64,000 nucleotides of DNA from an uncultured Bacilli bacterium. Lineage in GTDB: Bacteria; Bacillota_I; Bacilli_A; RFN20; CAG-288. Positions 56,808 to 64,000 of this stretch are shown piece after piece (position 1 is the stretch's first letter; each line of letters begins with the position of its first letter). The notes beneath the pieces are model-generated. The model was not told the origin of the DNA. It did no database searches and worked only from the letters and a program-made list of their open reading frames with translations. The stretch is taken from contig CALVMW010000001.1 of the NCBI GenBank assembly GCA_944349335.1, positions 423,671-487,670 of the forward strand, given 5' to 3'. The translations under genes and the position numbers were made by a program.

Positions 56808-58450
56808 ATCTTCTCAAATAGATCAATTAAGGCTTTAGCACCAGAATATGGTCCTTCTTTTCTATCTAAAGATAAACGTGTATAAAGTTTTCCAATAGGT
56901 ACTTTGTTATCATTTAAAGCTTTAAAATAATCAGGTAGATATTTTTTAACCTCATCTTTTCTCTGCAATGGACCAAAAGGATTAGCAAAGAAAGTAGATA
57001 CTAAACCAGATTCACTAGTCGTATTTAAAGCGACTCTTCTACCTAAGATAAAATCAGTCATCGCTATATTAAGATCATCATAAAACTCAATACCATCTTC
57101 ACTAGGCGTATAATTATCTGCTAAGAGGAAAACGTCGACTGGATGATGAGTATAAGTCATCTCAAAATCTTCAATCGGAATAACGACACGAGAATTTTCC
57201 TGTTCAATATTTAAAAATACTGCTCTATCTGCTGAACGAAGAGAATAACCTTGATCTAAGTCATCCAATCTAACAAAAGCACCGATTTCCGTTCCAGTAG
57301 CATATACTTTACCATCGATCAAATGGAAAGTTCCCATATCGTCAAATATCGTATCGATCTGATAATCTTGATTATAAAGCATTCTAATAGCTTCGATAGT
57401 CTCGCTCTTACCAGCGCCTGAATCACCTAAGATAAAGAAATTCTTATGTTTATTTTCCCGACGAATTTTAATGCCAGCACCATGGATAGGTAAAAGCTTT
57501 CTATCTATCATTACTAAGTTAAACAAGGTCAAAACCATCTTTTTAGCATAGCCGAAATAATCGATATGGCTCTCTTTAGGCAAGACGCCGACATAAATTC
57601 CATCTTCTTTATAATAATAGCAATCGCTTTCTATCCCTTGAGTACCAAATAAAACAGCAAAATCGATATGTTCTACATTATCAGTTAATGTTTCAAGCTG
57701 GAATAAATTACCTAAAGAAACTAAGAAACCTAAATATTCTTTAGTAAAATAAATAACACCTCTTGTATCGTAAATATTGATTATTACAGCATAAGCATTT
57801 TTATAATCAAAATTATCGGGATGAACTTTTCTATCCTGATAAAAGAACGTTCCTCTTCTTTTATTCTCTTTAGTTCTGATAATAAAAGGAGGATGAGTAA
57901 CAACACATTTCATCGCTTTCACTTCATTTAAAAAAGAAAGGGAAGAAGGCAAAGAAAGATGAGACTTAGACAAAAAGATACCTGCATTACCTCCAGAAGG
58001 TAAAATACGATAAACTGTCTGTTCCTGATTTATAATTGTCTCGTAAATTTCACGATAGAAAGAGACGATAGAAGAAGCAAACTCTTGGAAAAGATGAAGA
58101 AAATCTTTATTTTTAATATTATTTTTATCAGCATCTAAAAATACATATCTTTCTAAAGAACGCCAATAATCATAAATAGAATCAATAAAATTGATCATAT
58201 CATCTTTCTTTTGCTCGGATAAATTAGAGATAGATTCTAAAGTTTGAGGATCTTTATTAACAATCCTCTTAATAAAATCAACTAATCTATCAGCTTTATA
58301 AAAATGGAAAAATTCACTATTAGGTTGACTATCTTTTTCATTTTCCTGAAAGTAAGATTTTAAAAACTTAAGAAACTTATCACTGTTAGCAATTTTCTGA
58401 GAACTAAGCGGTAAATCAATATCAGTTAAAGAAATTAAAAACTTACTCAT
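56804..58450 (-). CDS. Uncharacterised 548-aa protein with an HPr-kinase/phosphorylase-like P-loop (GDSGAGKSE)
   Basis: FFILGDSGAGKSETIEAI resembles the HprK/P Walker A (GDSGxGKSE). Overlaps the aminotransferase gene by 4 nt. Confidence 0.4.
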   Translation of the reverse strand: MSKFLISLTDIDLPLSSQKIANSDKFLKFLKSYFQENEKDSQPNSEFFHFYKADRLVDFIKRIVNKDPQTLESISNLSEQKKDDMINFIDSIYDYWRSLERYVFLDADKNNIKNKDFLHLFQEFASSIVSFYREIYETIINQEQTVYRILPSGGNAGIFLSKSHLSLPSSLSFLNEVKAMKCVVTHPPFIIRTKENKRRGTFFYQDRKVHPDNFDYKNAYAVIINIYDTRGVIYFTKEYLGFLVSLGNLFQLETLTDNVEHIDFAVLFGTQGIESDCYYYKEDGIYVGVLPKESHIDYFGYAKKMVLTLFNLVMIDRKLLPIHGAGIKIRRENKHKNFFILGDSGAGKSETIEAIRMLYNQDYQIDTIFDDMGTFHLIDGKVYATGTEIGAFVRLDDLDQGYSLRSADRAVFLNIEQENSRVVIPIEDFEMTYTHHPVDVFLLADNYTPSEDGIEFYDDLNIAMTDFILGRRVALNTTSESGLVSTFFANPFGPLQRKDEVKKYLPDYFKALNDNKVPIGKLYTRLSLDRKEGPYSGAKALIDLFEKI

Positions 58451-59604
58451 ATTCTCTTTTTCATCTCCTCAATATCATTTAAACTGATAGCTGAAATAGC
58501 TATTCTAATTCTTCGAGAATCAATAGGTGCAAAATATATATCCTTCTTTTCTAATTCATCACAAAACTTATGAGAATCTTCTGCCAAAAAAGTAAGATAA
58601 AAGCCTCCTTTATATGGATAAGAGACTATACCCTTTTCACTTAAAAATTTTTCCATACTCTTTCCGATAATAAAAAGTCTATTATTTTCATCAACTAATT
58701 CTTTCTTCACTTTTTTAACTTTATCTTTATCAGAATAAAATTCACTTATCGGACCCATCGCTCCACTATTTACGCAAGAATATGATCCTCTAGCATATGT
58801 GCGACAACTAGTAAGAAATAAGGAAGCATCCTTTTCTTTACTATAAATTGCAATTAAAGCACCTAATCTTAATCCATAAAGAGATAAAGATTTAGAACAA
58901 GAGAAAGCTAAATAAATATCAAAATTGATCTTTGAGTTTAAAAGTAATTCTTTTAAATAGTTTTCCATCGGTGAGTAATCATAATAAGCAATATCAATAA
59001 GTAAAGAAACTCGACCTTGCTTTTCATTTAATAAAGCAAATAACGAATAATACTCTTCTCTACTTAATGAATAACCTAAAGGATTTTCACAAGGATCATT
59101 TAAAACAAAAAGAACTTTTCCATCTTTTGGTAAAGCTTTTTTAATACCTTCAATATCAAGTTTATGCTCTTTATCTAAATAAGAGTAAATGCTCATCTTA
59201 GCTAAAGAATCTTCAACAATGGTATCATAATTAGGCCAACGAATATCAGGTAAAAAGATGAGATGAGTAGAATGAATGAAAGAAAAAAGCATCTTACAAG
59301 CACCGGTTCCACCTAAAGAAGCGACAACATTGATATTATATTTTTCCTTTAATTTTTCATCATCTTCATCAAAAAGCCAAGAGAGAACACCATTTTTATA
59401 TTCATCAGTTCCTAATACAGGAGAGTAAGCTAAATATTTATCAAAAGAAGAACGAATTATCTCATCAATATCAAAAAAAGTTTTCAATTTCTTTTCATCA
59501 TCAAAAAGCATACCAGCACAACCGTTAATAACATGCACACCTTGAGCTTTCCTTTTATTCATCCTTTCTTGAATCGAAAGAATATCATAATGTAAATTAT
59601 CCAT
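58447..59604 (-). CDS. Class I/II (aspartate/aromatic-type) PLP-dependent aminotransferase
   Basis: SCSKSLSLYGLRLG places the PLP lysine in the S-x-S-K context; fold-type I layout; 385 aa. Confidence 0.7.
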   Translation of the reverse strand: MDNLHYDILSIQERMNKRKAQGVHVINGCAGMLFDDEKKLKTFFDIDEIIRSSFDKYLAYSPVLGTDEYKNGVLSWLFDEDDEKLKEKYNINVVASLGGTGACKMLFSFIHSTHLIFLPDIRWPNYDTIVEDSLAKMSIYSYLDKEHKLDIEGIKKALPKDGKVLFVLNDPCENPLGYSLSREEYYSLFALLNEKQGRVSLLIDIAYYDYSPMENYLKELLLNSKINFDIYLAFSCSKSLSLYGLRLGALIAIYSKEKDASLFLTSCRTYARGSYSCVNSGAMGPISEFYSDKDKVKKVKKELVDENNRLFIIGKSMEKFLSEKGIVSYPYKGGFYLTFLAEDSHKFCDELEKKDIYFAPIDSRRIRIAISAISLNDIEEMKKRI

Positions 59605-60517
59605 GTAAACCTCCTAATGATAAAATCTGTTCTCTTATCTTTTTCTCTGCTTCACCAAAAATTTCTTTCTCTTTTAAAGATAAAGCAATTTTATCTTCAG
59701 TAATAAAACTATTGTTTAGTGAAACAACTTTAGAAATAGCAATATCATCTACTATGATAGAAACAGGTAAAGAAATAAACTTATCTTCTATTATTTTTTC
59801 AACTATATCACAGGCTGAAGAAGCAACGCCATAATGCGTATATCCTTGAAGCTGAACTATTGTAAAACCTATCGATATTACTTCATTAGTAACTTCTTTT
59901 TCAAAAGAAAGAACATCAATATTGTTTTCTTTTAAATAATCCCCTAAAAATATATTTCCAATCTTTGTAGATGAAAATAAGATTGTAGCTAATTCACCAT
60001 GTTCACCAATAACATAACCTTCAATATTATTTGGTGAGACATCTAACTTTTTAGAAAGGATAGAAATATATCTAGCATTATCTAATAAAGTACCTGTACC
60101 GATCACATGATTTCTATCTAAACCTGAGAACTTATAAAAAGTATAAGTCATGACATCTAAAGGGTTTGAAAGAATAATAGCATAGCCCTTAAATCCACTA
60201 TTTTTAACCTCAGTAGCAATAGATGAAACGATATTATAAGCAGTATACATACCTGCGCTTCTTGAAGATGTATTATTAGGCTTTATTCCTGCTGTGACAA
60301 TAATAAAATCATAGTCTTTCAATTCTGGATACTTTCCAGCATTAACAACTGTCTTTCTACCTAAAACGATAGAAGCATGTTCTAAATCATATAAACAGCC
60401 TTGAACCTTCTTTTCATCAACATCAAATAAGGAAATAACATCAGCTATCCCTCTTAAAAGCACAGTATATGCAGAAGTTGAACCAACATGTCCTAACCCG
60501 ATTATTGCAATTTTCAT
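59597..60517 (-). CDS. LDH/MDH-family 2-hydroxyacid dehydrogenase (L-lactate dehydrogenase-like)
   Basis: MKIAIIGLGHVGST Rossmann motif, GEHGE catalytic His region; 306 aa. Confidence 0.75.
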   Translation of the reverse strand: MKIAIIGLGHVGSTSAYTVLLRGIADVISLFDVDEKKVQGCLYDLEHASIVLGRKTVVNAGKYPELKDYDFIIVTAGIKPNNTSSRSAGMYTAYNIVSSIATEVKNSGFKGYAIILSNPLDVMTYTFYKFSGLDRNHVIGTGTLLDNARYISILSKKLDVSPNNIEGYVIGEHGELATILFSSTKIGNIFLGDYLKENNIDVLSFEKEVTNEVISIGFTIVQLQGYTHYGVASSACDIVEKIIEDKFISLPVSIIVDDIAISKVVSLNNSFITEDKIALSLKEKEIFGEAEKKIREQILSLGGLHG

Positions 60518-60587
60518 AAACTACCTCGTTCTTATTTATTTTATCAAAATTAGGACTTTCAAAAAATAAGAAAATTATTTTTAAACC

Positions 60588-60626
60588 ACAAAAAAACGGC
60601 TATCTTTACAAACGAATGATAGCCGC
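60588..60626 (-). terminator. Rho-independent terminator (minus strand)
   Basis: CGGCTATC...GATAGCCG hairpin with an A-run on the plus strand. Confidence 0.6.
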
Positions 60627-60632
60627 CTCAAA

Positions 60633-60959
60633 CTAAATTAAATCTTCATCGTGCATGACGAGCATCAAGATACCTGCAACTAAACTGCAGAACAAGAGTG
60701 TCACAATACCGATGCCGACTAATTGACTATGGTAAGTAGAATTTTCAAGTTTACGATAAGCGATAATGCCGACAATCAAAGGAACTAAGCAGACAAAGCT
60801 ACATATAATAGTAACAGTCGCAGAAACGCCCGCAACAGCAGCATCACCACTAGCGCCACCAGCTGCTACACCGATGATACCAACAATTAAGCAAGTTAGA
60901 AAACCTATTACTCCTCCAACCATAGAAAGTATTAAAAATACTTTTGCAGCTGTTTTCAT
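60633..60959 (-). CDS. Small membrane protein (108 aa), paralog of 61010-61363
   Basis: Three or four TM helices; AAAGGAG RBS; end-to-end similarity to the neighbouring gene (MKTAAKVFLILSMVGG... versus MKTSIKVFLILSIVLGG...). Confidence 0.6.
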   Translation of the reverse strand: MKTAAKVFLILSMVGGVIGFLTCLIVGIIGVAAGGASGDAAVAGVSATVTIICSFVCLVPLIVGIIAYRKLENSTYHSQLVGIGIVTLLFCSLVAGILMLVMHDEDLI

Positions 60960-61009
60960 ATTTTTTCTCCTTTCACATAAATTATATCACTTAAAAAACT
61001 AATTTAACA

Positions 61010-61363
61010 TTATTCTAAATCACTATCTTTACAAAGCATCATCAATAAACCAGCGATAAAACTACTTAAAAGAAGAGTTACGATACCGATAGGCATAATT
61101 TCATTTGCTGTTTTAGCCTTATTTACTTTATTGATAGCGATACTTGCTACCACGATTTTAACAATAGAAGCGATAAATAAAAGTATCATATAAATAGTCC
61201 AAACTATAGAGAAAGCATAGATGTTTTGAGTAGTATTAGATACTCCCTGGAAAAAATTTTCAAAAATAATAGGAGATAAAACACCAAGTACAATAGAAGT
61301 AACGATAAGCATACCGCCCAAAACTATTGAAAGAATCAAAAATACTTTAATAGATGTTTTCAT
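61010..61363 (-). CDS. Small membrane protein (about 117 aa), tandem paralog
   Basis: GGAAGG RBS 8 nt upstream of the ATG at 61363. Confidence 0.55.
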   Translation of the reverse strand: MKTSIKVFLILSIVLGGMLIVTSIVLGVLSPIIFENFFQGVSNTTQNIYAFSIVWTIYMILLFIASIVKIVVASIAINKVNKAKTANEIMPIGIVTLLLSSFIAGLLMMLCKDSDLE

Positions 61364-61409
61364 AATAATCACCTTCCTTATTTATTATATATCATAAATA
61401 TTTCTTTTA

Positions 61410-61973
61410 TTATAATTCTTTATAAACCTTACAAGGAGAACCAAAAGCGATAACATTTGCAGGGATAGATTTTGTAACTAATGATCCCGCACCAATGATC
61501 GTATTGTCACCTATAGATACACCAGGAAGAATAATAGAACCTGAACCTATCCATACATTTTCACCTATATGAATAGGTTTTGGAAGTAAATCATGTCTCT
61601 CTTCTTTCTTTTGACCATGGTTTAAAGTTAATAACATAACTCCATGGCCAATAAGTGAATTATCACCAATATAAACTCCACCCTGATCTTGAAAAGTACA
61701 ACAAGCATTGATAAATACTTTCTTACCGATATGAATATTCTTTCCACAATCTGAATAAAAAGGTGGAAAAATACGAAAATCATCATCTAACTTTTTTCCA
61801 GTTATCTTTTCCATGATCAATCTATTTTCTTCGTCAGTATGATAGGAATTATTTAATTCACATAAATATTTCCTTACTTCCTCACTCATTTTATGCATGA
61901 TTAAATGCATAGAAGAGCCTCCCTTAATCTGTTCTTGTCTATTATAAACAGCGAGTAATTCTTCTTCAGTCAT
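61410..61973 (-). CDS. Maltose/galactoside O-acetyltransferase-family hexapeptide-repeat acetyltransferase
   Basis: Mac N-terminal domain followed by left-handed beta-helix hexapeptide repeats (IGENVWIGSGSIILPGVSIGDNTIIGAGS). Confidence 0.75.
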   Translation of the reverse strand: MTEEELLAVYNRQEQIKGGSSMHLIMHKMSEEVRKYLCELNNSYHTDEENRLIMEKITGKKLDDDFRIFPPFYSDCGKNIHIGKKVFINACCTFQDQGGVYIGDNSLIGHGVMLLTLNHGQKKEERHDLLPKPIHIGENVWIGSGSIILPGVSIGDNTIIGAGSLVTKSIPANVIAFGSPCKVYKEL

Positions 61974-62071
61974 AGTTTCTCCTTTACAAATATATCTTAA
62001 TAAATACTAGTTATAATACTAGTTTATCATCTCTTTATAAAGATGATAAAATAAAAGATGAGGTATTTATT

Positions 62072-62605
62072 ATGGATTTAAAAGAAAAAATGATATCTTC
62101 TAAAGAAATTTATAGAGGACATATCTTAGATTTATTTGTTGATAAAGTTTCTCTTCCTAATGGAAAAGAAAGCACAAGAGAAGTCATTCGTCATTGTAAA
62201 GCTAGTGCTGTTTTAGCGATGGATGAGGAAGGAAATATCATTCTTGAAGAACAATATCGCTATCCTTTTGATACTATTTTAAAAGAAATTCCAGCAGGAA
62301 AATGTGATAAAGATGAAGACCCTAAAGATACTGCCCTTAGAGAATTAGAAGAAGAATGTGGATACAGAGCAAATAAAATTGAATATCTTGGTGTCATCTA
62401 TCCGACTGTCGCCTATACTGATGAAAAAATTTATATCTATTTAGCAACAGAACTAAAAAAGACTCACCAACATTTAGATGATGGTGAATCTCTAACTTAT
62501 AAATTTATACCTTTTAAAGAATTAGTAAGACTAGCTAAAGAGGGAGAAATTCAAGATGGAAAAACTTTAGCAGCGATCACTTTCTATTTGGCAAAGAATT
62601 ACTAA
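62072..62605 (+). CDS. NUDIX hydrolase (ADP-ribose pyrophosphatase-like)
   Basis: Nudix box GKCDKDEDPKDTALRELEEECG. Confidence 0.8.
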   Translation: MDLKEKMISSKEIYRGHILDLFVDKVSLPNGKESTREVIRHCKASAVLAMDEEGNIILEEQYRYPFDTILKEIPAGKCDKDEDPKDTALRELEEECGYRANKIEYLGVIYPTVAYTDEKIYIYLATELKKTHQHLDDGESLTYKFIPFKELVRLAKEGEIQDGKTLAAITFYLAKNY

Positions 62606-63455
62606 TTTTATATTTAGCAGAATAATCTTTATCAACTATAATTTCACTTTTATCATCAGAAACAAAATCAATATCTTTCGGATTATAAATAGAGATAGGA
62701 AGTTTGTTTAAGCTACCTGAAGCAGTAGTATACTCAAAAGCACGATCACAATCTTCCCTAAAGGAACAATTTTCAAATGTTATATTAGAAGAAGAAACAA
62801 AAGGTTGTGTGCCAATAAAAGTGCAATTCTTAAAATGGAGAGAAGAAGCAAACCACCCAGTATATTCTCCTTTTATAATACTGTCGATAACTGTGATATC
62901 TTTACAATGCCAAAAGGCATCTTTAGTATCTAGTTCACTATTTGTAATAGTTAAATTATGACAATATTGGAAAGAATATTTTCCTTTCATTTTTAAATGA
63001 GAAATAGTTCCATTTGAGCATTCAAAGAAAGGGTAATAACTTTCAAATATAAAATTATCGATAGTGAATTTATCACTTTTCCACAAAGACTCTATTCCTT
63101 TTAAAGTTGTATTTCTAATAGTAAAATCAGTGCATTCTCTTAATGTTTTAGGAGAAAACATCTGACAGGAATCTAAAACAAAAGACTTGGTATACCACAG
63201 AGGAGCTCTATCTGTTTTATAAAAATGTGACTTATAAACAATAATATCTTTATCTTCCCATAAAGCGTACTTAGCATGAAATTTACACTTATAGATAAAT
63301 AAATGCTCACATTCCTTTAAAGGAGATTCCCCTGGATCATAAAAAGACGAAGTAGAAAGAAAGCAATCTTTCGTCTTAGTGAGTTCTCTCTCACCACTTC
63401 CAATATAATCTTTAATAACTTTTTGATAACCTGCTTTTAGATTTTTTAAATTCAT
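62577..63455 (-). CDS. DUF3737-like cysteine-rich beta-helix repeat protein
   Basis: Repeated NxTxxNSxF/CxN units (FKNCTF, FENCSF, ITNSEL) of the kind found in DUF3737 proteins. Confidence 0.45.
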   Translation of the reverse strand: MNLKNLKAGYQKVIKDYIGSGERELTKTKDCFLSTSSFYDPGESPLKECEHLFIYKCKFHAKYALWEDKDIIVYKSHFYKTDRAPLWYTKSFVLDSCQMFSPKTLRECTDFTIRNTTLKGIESLWKSDKFTIDNFIFESYYPFFECSNGTISHLKMKGKYSFQYCHNLTITNSELDTKDAFWHCKDITVIDSIIKGEYTGWFASSLHFKNCTFIGTQPFVSSSNITFENCSFREDCDRAFEYTTASGSLNKLPISIYNPKDIDFVSDDKSEIIVDKDYSAKYKISNSLPNRK

Positions 63456-64000
63456 CTATTTTTTCTCCGCGATTTTAAAACTAACCTTTCAGCATCAATA
63501 GGAGATAAAGGGACATTTTCAATTCCTTCCTTCACTTTTTTAGAAAAGCCATATCCAACAATCTCACTAGCTTTTACAATAGTAATAAAGGCAGAATGAT
63601 CAATTTTATGAATTCCTCTTTCTAACAAAGAATATTCTGATCTATCAAAACAAACTTGAATAACCATAGTATCTAATCTAGAAAAACCGCCTTGTGCTCT
63701 ATATAAAGTCGTTCCTCTTTCAATATTTGAAGTAATAAAATCATTGATTTTAACCCACTCTTTAGAAACAATAAAGGCAATATATGATTTATTTTTTCCT
63801 TGGAAAACCATATCGATTAAAACAGAACAAAGGAAAGAGGTAATAATACCTACTGATGATGCTAATAAATTCATTCCATTTATATAGAAACCACAAGCGA
63901 TAATAATAATATCGCAACACAAAGAACAAGTACCTACTTTGATGTGAAAATATTTATTAACTGTCAAATTAATAACATCAGTTCCTCCGCTTGAACCTCC
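63452..64000 (-). CDS. YitT-family (DUF161/DUF2179) membrane protein, partial (N-terminus beyond the window end)
   Basis: C-terminal DUF2179 segment ERGTTLYRAQGGFSRLDTMVIQVCFDR. The reverse-strand frame stays open to position 64000. Confidence 0.6.
   Translation of the reverse strand, partial: GGSSGGTDVINLTVNKYFHIKVGTCSLCCDIIIIACGFYINGMNLLASSVGIITSFLCSVLIDMVFQGKNKSYIAFIVSKEWVKINDFITSNIERGTTLYRAQGGFSRLDTMVIQVCFDRSEYSLLERGIHKIDHSAFITIVKASEIVGYGFSKKVKEGIENVPLSPIDAERLVLKSRRKNR

Noticed and set aside
1-64000. Possibility of a Mollicute genetic code (TGA = Trp) given the low GC and lipoprotein richness
   Set aside because: Trp is consistently encoded by TGG (for example in the JetC INWHYF segment). 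Long ORFs close on TGA at sensible positions (for example the STK/PP2C TGATG overlap). The standard code fits.
1-64000. Scan for CRISPR arrays, rRNA genes and intact IS elements or prophage
   Set aside because: No regularly spaced direct repeats, no rRNA-like stretches and no transposase or integrase-length ORFs were found. Only the short fragment at 4760-5003 has mobile-element flavour.

Overview
Low-GC (about 30%) bacterial chromosome segment that reads with the standard genetic code (Trp = TGG; long ORFs stay open across TGA positions). It is gene-dense, with a mix of housekeeping and accessory content. Housekeeping content: glgC-glgD-glgA; rpmF; an EF-G paralog; the conserved rlmN / PP2C phosphatase / Ser-Thr kinase / rsgA / rpe block; typA; an ABC-F ATPase; pdp; udk; degV; an MreB-like protein; an LDH-family dehydrogenase; and five tRNAs (Val, Ser, Ala, Thr, Trp). 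Many large surface lipoproteins carry poly-Ser linkers. Stand-out accessory content: (1) a three-gene JetA/JetB/JetC-like (MksF/MksE/MksB-like SMC) operon at 15.4-21.0 kb that apparently lacks the JetD nuclease gene; (2) next to a tRNA-Val/tRNA-Ser pair, a compact HTH regulator + N-terminally truncated HipA-like kinase + 176-aa ELK-like mini-kinase operon, embedded in a decayed islet with a roughly 95-bp repeat family, gene fragments and a perfect 13-bp tandem duplication; (3) a MerR-family regulator inactivated by a homopolymer frameshift, divergent from an operon whose promoter has the MerR-type 19-bp spacer and a dyad; (4) an overlapping ldh-like / aminotransferase / HprK-P-loop-like protein operon. 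No CRISPR array, rRNA or intact mobile element was found.
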